The position numbers were made by a program, and so were the translations under genes. The notes beneath the pieces were generated by a model. That model had not been told where the DNA came from and ran no database searches. It worked only from the letters and a program-made list of their open reading frames with translations. 44,270 bases of DNA from Octopus sinensis (taxonomy: Eukaryota). The stretch covers positions 1 to 44,270 of the forward strand of contig NW_021834915.1 of NCBI RefSeq assembly GCF_006345805.1, read 5' to 3'. This document shows positions 24,721 to 37,480 of the stretch, piece after piece (positions within the stretch are counted from its first letter, which is position 1; every line of letters begins with the position of its first letter).

Positions 24721-25164
24721 ATCGTGACGGAAAAAATAGACAAAAGACAACAAAAAGCACCGTGGAACACAAGCATGTTTTTTTCTCTGAATTCCATTGA
24801 TCATATTAATTACAAAACTTGTGTGCCCTTTCTTATTTCAGACAGAATTTAAAAGTAATTTAACTTGTAGTATTTGACATTTACAACAAATGTTTCCTGT
24901 TGATCTGCAAGAACGGTAATTTGTAGTTTTTACGGAATCTGCAATTGACTTTTCAATGAGTATTTGGACATGACACTCATCAACGAATCTTAACATACCA
25001 CAGGTGAAGGTATTATTGAGTGATTAAGAAGCTCACTTAACAACATCGTTGTTACAAGTTCAGTCTCATTGTTCGACATCTTGGCATGTGTGCTTTTCTA
25101 CTGTTGGCCAGGACTAGTCTACGCCTTGTGGGGGAATCTGGTCGGTGAAAACTCTGTCATCTAT

Positions 25165-25540
<376 letters not shown>

Positions 25541-25555
25541 ATATATATGTATATA

Positions 25556-26185
25556 TTTGTTTACCTAAGTTTGCCGAAACTATGCATAGTCCAGAGATGA
25601 AAGGGGTATACGTTTTTATTTTTCTCTTTCAATTTCAGAATTACAACTATTAGCGGTTTGAGTTTGGCTGCTCTTTCTAGTGAGTTGAATGTCCTATTAT
25701 GGCCATTCCTTATATTGTTGAATGTATATTATATAGTCTTTGACTATCTTTTCTTTCTCGCTAGACCGCTGGTAGCGGAGAATTTTTTGCTACCCTTATA
25801 TTTATTAATTAATGATTTTTTGGCTAATTTTGAAATTAAATCAGCAGTTTATATTTGCTGCTGAGAAGACCGCGCGATTGCGGTAAAATTTTGAAAATTT
25901 ATAGCATATAGACTGGAGGCTTCCTTATCACCGCCTCGTGGATATATGCTCGTCCTAGGCTTCTCTGCTGACGAGGCACGCCAGTTGTAGATAAATTTAA
26001 TTTAATTTAATTAATTTGTTTACAAAAGTTTGCCGAAACTATGCATAGTCCAGAGATGAAAGGGTAAATGTTTTTATTTCTCTTTCAATTTCAGAATTAC
26101 AACTATTAGCGGTTTGAGTTTGGCTGCTCTTTCTAGTGAGTCGAATGTCCTATTATGGCCATTCCTTATATTGTTGAATATATAT
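25556..26185 (+). mobile_element. Putative retrozyme / non-autonomous Penelope-like element: 459-nt unit with ~170-bp direct repeats
   Basis: Direct repeats 25556-25729 and 26015-26185 with few differences, hairpin-rich unique interior, a hammerhead spanning the interior/repeat junction, no ORF, (TA)n flanks. Confidence 0.7.
25962..26056 (+). ncRNA. Type I hammerhead ribozyme, canonical core, predicted GUC cleavage after 26050
   Basis: Stem I TCTCTG/CAGAGA; core CTGACGA (25968-74); stem II GGCA/TGCC; GAAA (26035-38); stem III palindrome ACTATGCATAGT; C17. Confidence 0.85.
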
Positions 26186-26349
26186 ATACTCTTTTACTTG
26201 TTTCAGTTATTTGATTGCGGCCATGCTGGAGCACCGACTTTAGTCGAGCAAATCGACCCCAGGACTTATTCTTTGTGAGCCTAGTACTTATTCTATCGGT
26301 CTCTTTCGTCGAACCTCTAAGAGTATTATTATTATTATTATTATTATTA

Positions 26350-26382
<33 letters not shown>

Positions 26383-26944
26383 TCCAATGTCCCTTTGATG
26401 ACATGCACTGCTCTCTCAATAATAATAATAATAATAATAATAACATTGTTTAAAAAAAATTTATTCTGTGTCTCATATATATATGTATATGGCGAATGTG
26501 TCTGAATCAACACATGGTTTAATATCAAACACTTTGCCAACAAACACAGAGAAATAAAAGAAAAATAACTAATAAGAAAGAAACTCAAAGAACAACCTTG
26601 GTTCCTGCCAAATAAAGTGCAATTTGTGCAAACGTTTATGAAGAAAAGATTAACCAGGCAAAGTTCCATGCACTGAAAAATTTCTAATAAGAAGGTCTTG
26701 GAAAGAAAATATTATCACATCACATCCCTATGAAGAAATTCTTTTACATACATACATCGAAGGTTAATATATATTATAATGCTAATGAGATTTTGGAAGG
26801 AACTGGTGACGCTTCAGTACTTCGCACCCATATCTCTGCATCAACAGTGATTCAGAAACCAATATATCCTTATTTGGAAAGTCTTTAATATTAATAATAT
26901 AACCCAGAGTAATTGAAAGGGTATCTGTAAGGAATTGTTTGATA

Positions 26945-27260
26945 GAGCGGTGGTGATGGTGGCGACGATGGTGGTGGTGGTGGTAGTAGTAGTAGTGGTG
27001 GTGATGGCGGCGGCGGTGGTGATATTAGTGGTGGGGCTGGTGGCGGCGGTGGTACAAGTGGTGGTGGTGGTAGTAGTAGTAGTGGTGGTGATGGCGGCGG
27101 CGGTGGTGATATTAGTGGTGGGGCTGGTGGCGGCGGTGGTACAAGTGGTGGTGGTGGTGGTAGTAGTAGTAGTGGTGGTGATGGCGGCGGCGGTGGTGAT
27201 ATTAGTGGTGGGGCTGGTGGCGGCGGTGGTACAAGTGGTGGTGGTGGTGGTGGTGGGACA
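26945..27260. repeat. GC-rich triplet-based minisatellite, 3 copies, period 87-90 bp
   Basis: TACAA anchors at 27053, 27140 and 27230. Confidence 0.9.
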
Positions 27261-27677
27261 CAAATGAATTGATGTCAGAATAAACGGGAGATTGTTTGCT
27301 GATGGTAATTATGATATTGACGGGTGAATGGATGCATTTAGCTGTTGCCTTTGCTGTTGTTATTCTTGTTGTTGTGATGACAAATACGACGTCAACGACG
27401 ACTTCAGTGACGAAGACGATGATGACGACGATGATGACGATTATGATGCTGATGTTTATCGCCATGCTAATCGTAATCGTCGTGATAGTAAATTGATAGC
27501 GTTAGATGGGTCGCACTGAATCAGAATCTAAAAACTAGGTTGCCGCCGTTGTCGTTGTTGCTGTTGTTGTTGTTGTATGTTTAATGGAAATGAATGTTGG
27601 TGATAGTTGCGATAATGTTAAATGCTAGAACTCGAACAAGCGAAGAGTAACAGCAAACATAGTAGTAGTATTAGTAT

Positions 27678-27709
<32 letters not shown>

Positions 27710-27818
27710 TCAGCGGCGTTCCTACAAGTCCTAAGTGTTGGATATTCCTACAGCAGAGAAACCACATATTGACACGATGGTATACGGCACCACGCTTCTC
27801 CCTCTCCTCCTCTCTGTC

Positions 27819-27849
<31 letters not shown>

Positions 27850-28518
27850 CTTCTTCTTCTTCTTCTTCTCTCCCTCTCACTCTTTTCCTCTTTCTCTCTA
27901 TCTCTCCCTTACTCTCTCTCCATTTCTCTTCAACACGTCATCCCCGCCGTCGTCTTCTCACAGCAACGCAGCAAGAACATACATCCAAAGTTTTAGCAGA
28001 AACAATGAACCCCACTTTCCGTTGCTGCCAAACACATTCCTCCTCAATTGCCCAATCTCATCCACCAACACGCCCCGCCATCTCACCCTATTCGTCTTCC
28101 ATATTGCCTACCACCACCACCACCACCACCACCACCACCACCACTAAAATAGCGTCCCTTCTCACCCTCTAACATCTCTTCCTTTTCCCCATTCTTTTCC
28201 TTCATCGTTTAATCTTTCATATTTCATCTTTACCAACAGACATTCATTCAGCCATTCTCTCACTTATTCCCCCAATTTCGTTCTCTCTAACCATTCTCTT
28301 CCATCTCTCTCTCTCTCTCTCTTTCTCTCTCTTTCATTCTGCCTCTAACTATGTCACTACAGACACTCTCTTTCTTTTCTACGTCCTACTTCCTATCTCG
28401 TTCTTATTCTTTCTCTCTCCGTTCCACTTCTAACTCTCTCAATTTACATTTCCAAATTTTAGCACACTTTTGTTTTGTTTTGATTACTTTCCAATTCGTG
28501 TTAATATCTACATTGGTA

Positions 28519-28552
<34 letters not shown>

Positions 28553-28561
28553 TATATATAT

Positions 28562-28613
<52 letters not shown>

Positions 28614-29312
28614 CATGTATATTATATATATATTTATTATATATATATATATATGCGTGTGTATATATGTGTGTATACATATTTACATGTACACATATAT
28701 ACATATATATATATATATGCATATATATATGTATATATATATATATGCATATGGACACATACACACACATATATATATATGCATACATACTTTAGCATAC
28801 ACAATATATACAGAAAAGTACACTCACATACACACGCACACTCACACACACACACACACGCGCGCGCGCGCATATATATCCATATATACACTAGTTAGAC
28901 ACGGATTCCTTCTGCACTGTTTCCAAACTTGAAAAACTCTCTCACTGACTTAGTGAACCAACCAACCATTTACTGTCTGTGACTCATGTCTGTATTCACA
29001 CAAACACACCAACACATGAACACACACACACACACTTCATAGTAATCCGCTTCTTAACCCACATTTACAACTCAGGTCCAGCCTTAAAGACATAACTATA
29101 TGAAGATTAACGCACTGAAAGTATGCCTTCTGTGTGTGTGTGTGTGTGTGTGAATGCGTGAATTTTAAGTGTGTATACATTTGAATATATTTATGTATAT
29201 ATACACAGGTGGAGCAACGCAATAAAAGTATGACTGTATATTCATTCATATGTATATAAATGTATGTCTGTGTGTATGTATAAGTATGCATGCAAACTTA
29301 CAAATAACATCT

Positions 29313-29792
<480 letters not shown>

Positions 29793-30299
29793 AGCGAGTG
29801 AGGGAGGGAGATAGAGTAAAAGCAAGAGAGGAGAGAGAAAGAGGAAAAGTGAGAGAGGGAAAGAGAGAATGGTATATAGATAGATCGATAGATAAATAAA
29901 TAGATAGATCGACAGAGAGGGGGAGAGAGAGAGAGAAAGGGAGAGAGGGCAAGATATTATTAGTATATAACTTAGAAATAGGTTTCTCCTTAAAGCATAT
30001 TGCAGACTGGCTTCCTTCCCTACCCCATCTTCTCCAACACCTCTGTGCGCGCACACGCACCTACGTAGATGGATGATCGACTCCTTGTTATCTCACTTCC
30101 CACTAATGACGAGTTCTCCAGGCAAATTCAAAAGCTGAATGAATGATCAACTCTTTAAGCTGATGACAGCTTCAGTCGTACTACGCGAAACAATTGCAGG
30201 CTAATCTCTCTCTCTCTCTCTTTCACTCTCTCTGCCTTTCTCTCTCTCTCTCTCTCTCTGCCACATACACATATGCACACAGAGACAAAGACACACAGT

Positions 30300-30625
30300 G
30301 ACATACATACATACATACATACATACATTCATACATACATACATACATACATTCATACATACATGCATTCATACATACATAATACATACATTCATACATA
30401 CATACACACATACATACATTCATACATACATACATACATACATACATACTACATACATACATTCATACATACATACATTCATACATACATGCATTCATAC
30501 ATACATACATACATACATACAGACAGACATACATACATTCATGCATACATACATACATTCATGCATACATACATACATACATACATACATACATACATAC
30601 ATACATTCATGTATACATACATACA
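30300..30625. repeat. (CATA/CATT)n microsatellite
   Basis: Seen directly. Confidence 0.97.
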
Positions 30626-30934
30626 CGCCGTTGTTGGTGCGTATTGGAGGAGCAATGCTAAGGTAATAATTTGCTCTCTACGCCCACCTCGTCATACAGA
30701 CCGAAAGCCTACTGGAATTGCTGCTGTACAAGTTGGTTCTCTGCGACTCATGGCACAGTTATTTTGCTTCTTTTCCATTTCAACATCGCCCCATTCCTCC
30801 CAACTCCCAAAAACTCACATTTGTCATATACAGAGAGAATTACTACCGTTAAGAGGATTTAACATATCTACATAAATATATATATGCGAGTGTGTGTACG
30901 TACGTGTGTGAATGTGTGTGTGTGTGTGTGTGTG

Positions 30935-31220
30935 ATGGACTCTGTCATCAAAGACGGCGCTTGAATGTTCAGCTTTTGCTGAATGACCTACACAAATGAT
31001 TCGTTTATAGTGATCAAATGTTCGTGTCACACATTCGCTCACTCTCCCCACCAAATTGATATTGTCTGAACAGACGCACTGTGTACCACGCGTCAGGTGT
31101 CCAAGTAATCGCAGAGCAACATGACTTTGTTGAAGAAGACAACGCACCTCCCTGTCTAGAAATTGAAATCACGATCTAGGGATCGGGAACGCAACACCTA
31201 AACCACTAGGCTATGCACCC
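30935..31220 (-). mobile_element. tRNA-headed SINE family C
   Basis: Head TAGCCTAGTGGTTTAGG; body shared with 25165-25445. Confidence 0.75.
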
Positions 31221-31927
31221 TCACACAACACACACACACACAAACACGCACAACACATATATGTATGATGGACTCGCTTGTCGAAGTCGACGTATGAGCC
31301 TTTAGCTTAAGCCGAACGACCTGTACAGAAATATACCAACAGTAGCAAACGCAAATCTTCTCTTTATTTCTGTTTAAAAAGATGTTTTCTAACACTATAA
31401 TTCAACAAGAAAGGCTTTCTCGAGATGAATACTGCAGTTTCTCTCGCTTTCAACGATGTGTATGCTGTAAGTATGATACGCAGATTGCAATTTTGAACTT
31501 ATGCTGCTTCTGTCGCTCATAACGAATTAATATATCTGACATTTTGCATAAGGGCAGATTTCTTTCCATGTAAAAAAGTTATAGGATGTGTAGTGTTTTC
31601 TGAAATGTATTCCATTTAGTCCCAGACGTAACCCCACATAAAAAACAAACAAACAAAAAACAACAACCATAAAAAAAAAATTAAAAAATTTAGCTAAAAA
31701 GATTGTATAACCCCGAGCACTGCAGTAGACATTAGAAGAAAGTTACTGATTAGAAAAATAATTCAATTAAAGTAATTTTGTAAATTAGTACAATATTTCG
31801 TTTCGACAAAAAAGCGTGTTTTCCTGGAAGAAAAGAATGTAGGAGTTAAATTTCATTTTAGGTTACATATTTATTTGTTTGTTTATATGCTACTACTACT
31901 ACTACTACTAATAATAATAATAATAAT

Positions 31928-32163
31928 AAAGCGGCGAGCTGGCAGAAACGTTAGCACGCTGGGCGAAATGAGTAGCCGTATTTCGTCTGCCGTTACGTTC
32001 TGAGTTCAAATTCCGCTGAGGTCGACTTTGCCTTTCATCCTTTCGGGGTCGATAAATTAAGTACCAGTTGAGTATTGAGGTCGATGTAATCGACTATCCT
32101 CCCCTACCCAATTTCAGGCCTTATGGCTATAGTAGAAAGAATTATTATTATTATTATTATTAT
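31928..32163 (+). mobile_element. SINE family A
   Basis: Head, core and type 2 tail with (ATT)n. Confidence 0.9.
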
Positions 32164-32352
32164 GGCCCATAGCCTGGCAAACCTCATTTCACCTCGTTCC
32201 GTGGATTTTATAAGGAAAGAACACATAATAGTGTATTTGCACCCTTCAAATTTGTACGATCGTGGACAATAGGTTAATTGCTGTCGAGTGGTAAGTTTAT
32301 TTTCCTGTTTTGTCCCTCAGTTTTGGGGGACAGATTTATTGATTTTATTTTT

Positions 32353-32459
32353 CAGTCATAGTTGCTTGCGTTTTCCCCACCAACATGGAGAAAACTCAAC
32401 AAAATACATACGTTCATATGTGAGAGAGTAGGAGAGAATGAGGAGCATCACCAAACGTC

Positions 32460-32537
<78 letters not shown>

Positions 32538-33178
32538 CGAGTGTGGTAAACGGATTAGCACTAAAAACAAAAAAAAAACAGACGACGACTGTATTTTTGT
32601 GGAAAATGGTCGAGTACAGAATAGGCAGCGTGAATGTACGTGGCCTGGGGTCGCATTGGAAGCGGGGTCACCTGCTCAACGACATCAGGACACTGAATGT
32701 CAACGTGGTGGCCATTTATGAAATCAGAATTTCCGACCCATTTTCGGTGGCTATGTGGTGTATGCATTTTCAAGTTGTCCGTGAACGGGAGGTAGAGTCG
32801 CCATGATGGTTCGAGAAAATCTGGATCTTGCAATAAGAGCAATCTTCCTGGACCCGCAGGATGGTTACCGTCTATGCCCCAACAGGGGCAGGACGACCAG
32901 ATTTCTTCAGACGTCTGGAAATCTTCCCAGGAACGACTCGCTCTTTAATGTTAGTGGAGGACTGGAATGTAATTTTGGATGCAAAGTGGAACTGTGTAGG
33001 CTTAGCGGATAAAAGGGTGCAAAAAACTCGTGAAGCTGTTCAGACGACAGGTATCAACTGTTCGGGAGCAGCGGTGAGCCGAGCCGCCTGATGGATTTCA
33101 CGTCCAACCTCGACGGAATACCACAGCTCTCGGCCTTTAAAGTACGGGAAGCAATGGCTAGCTGCACCAGGGGTAAAT
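32353..33178 (+). pseudogene. L1/Tx1-type LINE relic: 5' piece, (GA)n, endonuclease and pre-RT linker fragments
   Basis: MVEYRIGSVNVRGL..KRGHLL (from 32606), VYAPTGAGRPDFFRRLE, DWNVILDA, then LDGIPQLSA..VREAMASCTRGK, with frameshifts and deletions. Confidence 0.75.
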
Positions 33179-33742
33179 TGCTTTGTTTTCATCCTTTCAA
33201 GATCGATAAAATAAAATAAGTACTACACACACACACACGCATGCACAAACATGTACGACAGGCTTTTTTTCTGTTTCCGTCTACCAATTTGATCGACTCG
33301 GGGCTGTAGTAGACAACCCTTTCCCAAGCTGTCACGCAGAGAGACTGAACGTAAAACCACATAATTTATAAACAATTTTCTTACCCATACAGCCATTTTT
33401 TGTAGGGTCTCCAGCTTTCAAGACTAGCTATGCATCTGCACAAGTTTGTGCAGGGCTGAACAAAATTTCTCTTGAGGAAGACTAGCAGCTACTTATGCAT
33501 GCGAGTCATCTGTCTCTGCGTCATAGATGTTTATGTAGAGGAGAATCTACCGACGTGGGCCGATGTAACTTGGCAACAGCATTTTTGCAGGCGTGGCAGT
33601 CATAAGACAAAATGCCGGAGCAGTTACCGTAAGGCATCTCTCCACTCTGAATGAGTACGTTTTTACCGACTTCAAAAGATGATTGACAGTTCACTACATT
33701 GGGACTTGAGCTCAGTGCGCAGAGAACAAAATCGGAATAAGA

Positions 33743-34766
33743 TATAATATTATTATATATATATATTGTTCTGATGCCCTTCCTTGGCATTAGGAAGGGC
33801 ATCTAGCCGCAGAAACCATGCCCAAACAGACATGAAGCCCGGGCAGCTCTTCAACTGGCCAGCTCCTGTCAAACTGTCCAACCCATGCCAGCATAGAAAA
33901 CGGACGTTAAATGATGGAAATAATGATGATTTATTATGAGGATCTGGCGACTTTACCAATTCGTCGCCTGATTCAGGGAAATAAGTTTTAAAAAATAATA
34001 TAAAAAAATAAAGGCAAAATATAAATATGAATCCGCTAACGCAGTTATGCATAGTTTAAAAGTGTCTATTGCAAATTAAAATACTGAAAATGCCTCTAGT
34101 TACTCTTTTCCACTTTGATTAGCTTTCAAATATCAACTTACCTAACGCAATACTGATGGGTGGGATGATTAGGTACTGAGCAATTAGATCGGTTGACGGT
34201 TCGAATACTGTCATGTAACCATGACATTTAACATTTTAAATTTCAACGACCTCGTTCACTTGACCCAGACAAACGCAGTAGTAGCAGTCGTAGGACGTTG
34301 TATCGTGTTTCATTAAGGTGAACCTCCAGAATCCGAGGAAACTGGTGAGGTTCTAAGTTCGAAACAATAACAAAGCTTTGCCGTGCATCTGAGAATTAGT
34401 TAGAGAGGGTGATAGATAAAGTGGAATTGTTGCCTGGAAGCGTGAAAGGAAATCAATTTGACTACTTTCTAGGCACAACCCCACTCCCCCTTTTTCGTTC
34501 TTAGGAGAAGAACAAACATCCGAAACGTTAAAAATCTGCCTTTTATCTAAATCTCACAGTGTTTCGTTAGAATTCTTTGTTGAATTGAATTTAATTTGTA
34601 TTGCGTTTCTTAAAGAAAGCATGAGGACAACGTTTCTATATATTCTATCATGGAGAACTATACGAAGAACAGACACTCGAATCGTTCGAATAAAAAAGTG
34701 ATAATTTGAACAGTGTGGTCCTCAATACAATCTACCAGTATTATATAGAATATATATATATATATA

Positions 34767-34819
<53 letters not shown>

Positions 34820-35013
34820 TTATGTATGTATGTATGTATGTATGTATGTATGTATGTATGAAGTCTGTATTTAGTATATATATATATATATATTATATAA
34901 TATATAATGTTTGTTTTTATGTTCAGTTATAATGATTTCAAAATTTTGGCACAAGGCCAGCAGTTTCGGGTGAGAGCTTAAGACGATTATATATATATAT
35001 ATATATATTATAT

Positions 35014-35061
<48 letters not shown>

Positions 35062-35520
35062 TATAATCAAAATAAACAACAAGGATATCCAGAGGTAATG
35101 CAGTTTCATGCAACTCCATTTAATTGAACAATGCAATCATTACATCAACTTAAAATGCAGAGCAATCTTCAGCTGCACAAAGACATAGAATTTAATTAAA
35201 TTAGAACAGATGGACATAATATCATTATACCTAAACTCTCCAAGAAGTTAAGAAGACAGACCAAGAACATGCAGTCCCAACTCCAATAGACAGACGAATT
35301 GGTAAAGTCGTCAGATTCTCTTAATAAATCACCATTATTTTCATCATTTAACGTCTGTTTTCTATGCTGGCATGGGTTGGACAGTTTGACAGGAGCTAGC
35401 CTGTTGAAGAGCTGCCCGGGCTCCATGTCTGTTTGGGGCATGGTTTTTACAGCTAGATGCCCTTCCTAACGCCAAGGAAGGGAATCAAGAACAAAATATA
35501 AAAATAATAATAATATTATA
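33743..35520. repeat. Long inverted repeat pair (33743-33965 / 35293-35520) built from an RTE-tail-like repeat
   Basis: Arms include GCTAGATGCCCTTCCTAA plus shared flanking sequence and a terminal foldback. Confidence 0.8.
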
Positions 35521-36288
35521 TAAACAGGAAAAAGATGGGACACTCATGACTAGAAAAGTAGAACTAATAAGAGTTCGTTACGCTGATGTTTATTCTGTGG
35601 TGTTGATGTTGGCGGCAACGATAGACAGTTATGGTGATATTCCGCCTGTTGATGGTAGGTTATATTCAAATGAAGCTAATAAATACTACATCTGTTTTCT
35701 CTATATGTTCTAGAAACTTCTGGAAACTTTACATACATACAGACTTATTCTATTCCGACACTTCTAATAGCTTTTTATCAGTTCTTGCTACTAACATACA
35801 TCTTACCACCTGGAACGCAGTCATGTATTTCGTGTGTTTGGGTTTATTTAAACACCCCTCCATACACACAAACACACACCTCCGAACTCACACTCACTCA
35901 CACACACACACACACACACACACACATAACACGTCTCCCCCGCTCTCTCTTTTACTCTTTGAGATATCTCTAAGTAGATAAGGTTGACGACAACCAGCGG
36001 AAGGCAACTAAACCAAACGTCTCTCTCTATATATATATTTATAAACCAACAAAGCATACTGATCCCTCTCCCTATTCACTTCCACACATCCCCACAAAAA
36101 TATTTTCTTCAGTCCCTACCTCCCCAACAAAAACACTGTGGTATGTATTGCATTTTTTTTTAAAACGAAAGCCTCCATTTTTAATCACTGCCATTTGTAG
36201 AAATATGCACTAGTTTTGTTCACCCTCTCCATTTTACTTAATATCCACGCTCTCTAATTAAACACTGAATTAAGTGGATATGTGTTAT

Positions 36289-36786
36289 CTTTTCCTTGTT
36301 TCAATTATTGAACTGCGGCCATGCTAGGGCACTGCATTGATGCGCTTAGTCTCGACATAGGCAACCTTTACCTAGAAGCGAGTCGCGAGAAACATGTCGC
36401 ATCGCCAGGCAGGTCGGACTGCTATAAAGTTCCTGATAATTTTTCGTTGCCGTGCCACTGAGAATGTCACATGGGCCGCAGTTTTCCCATGACTGGGTGA
36501 GTCGAACAAATCGACCTTACTACTTATTTTTCGAGTCTAGTACTAAGAAGAGTACTAGACGGTAAAGAAGAGAACGATAGAATTAGTACTAGACTCGAAA
36601 AATAAGTAGTATCGTTCTCTTCTTTACCGAACTGCAACCAATTGTCAAGCAGTTGGTAGTGGAACACACACACACTCAAATATACGTATATTTTTATTGA
36701 TATTTTGCAGAAACAACAGAATAACCCAATGACCCAGAGTTGGTGTTGCTATATATATACACAAACACACACATATAGATAATATA

Positions 36787-36855
<69 letters not shown>

Positions 36856-37052
36856 CAGACACATACACAGATGTATATAATTATACGATCGAATTCTTTC
36901 AGTTTCCCCCTACCAAATCCAGTCACATAGCTTTGATCAGCTAAGGGCTAAAGTAGAGGACACTTGCTCAAGGTGCCTTACTGTGGGACTGAACCCGAAT
37001 TTATGTTGTTGGGAAGCAAGCTTCTTGCCACATATCCATGCCTGCATCCATA
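36289..37052 (-). mobile_element. SINE family B, with an insertion and an internal inversion
   Basis: Tail at 36289-36340, head at ~36900-37052, internal (TA)n. Confidence 0.75.
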
Positions 37053-37169
37053 GTGGAAACTTTTAATCGGGGTCTTAGAAATGCTTAAGTATAAGTCGCA
37101 GAAAACGGATTAATAACATAAAGTAAAATAATAAAATGGCTTCAACCGAGATCGTGTCTAGGATTGACT

Positions 37170-37480
37170 CTCTGGGAGCTTATCTCTTGCTCTCCGGCAA
37201 ACGCCCAGAATCTGCAGTAAGGTAAACCTTATATACAAGTCTAGAAATCTGGAGAGAGAGGGCTGATGAGAGAAGAGACTGAAAACTTTAGGTTAAAAGC
37301 TTGGATCTTTCATTTGTCTTCTGGACTAACACTTGCCTTGCGATTGTTCAGTTAATTATTTTGCTGGCATTCACTCAGGGGTCTTGAAGCGTAATAGATT
37401 CTTCAGGATGAGTTGATATCAGTTTTGAATATCTAATGTACTTAGCACCAAGTTCGTTTCTTGCTCCAGGTGGTAGCTAA
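37170..37480 (-). pseudogene. Possible highly degraded Ty3/Gypsy pol RNase H fragment
   Basis: Across frameshifts: GARNELGA, YYASRPLSECQQN, an NYSTIEK-like nucleotide match, HQP, ADSGRLP, in the expected order. Confidence 0.4.

Noticed and set aside
25855-25895. Second hammerhead in the retrozyme interior (CTGAGAA..ACCGC/GCGGT..AAAA)
   Set aside because: G8 and G12 are missing and there is no stem I; treated as an ordinary hairpin.
26490-26890. Coding-like non-repetitive stretch (also 15700-16200, 33400-33720, 41370-41720)
   Set aside because: Multiple stops in all frames and no motif I can recognise.
36350-36500. hAT-like MITE inserted in a family B SINE
   Set aside because: An insertion is evident, but the TIR match is about 6/10 and the 8-bp TSD has mismatches, so the class is not assigned.
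37255-37300. CTGATGA...GAAA as a hammerhead
   Set aside because: Stems I and II do not pair; the match lies within the putative Gypsy relic and is likely chance.
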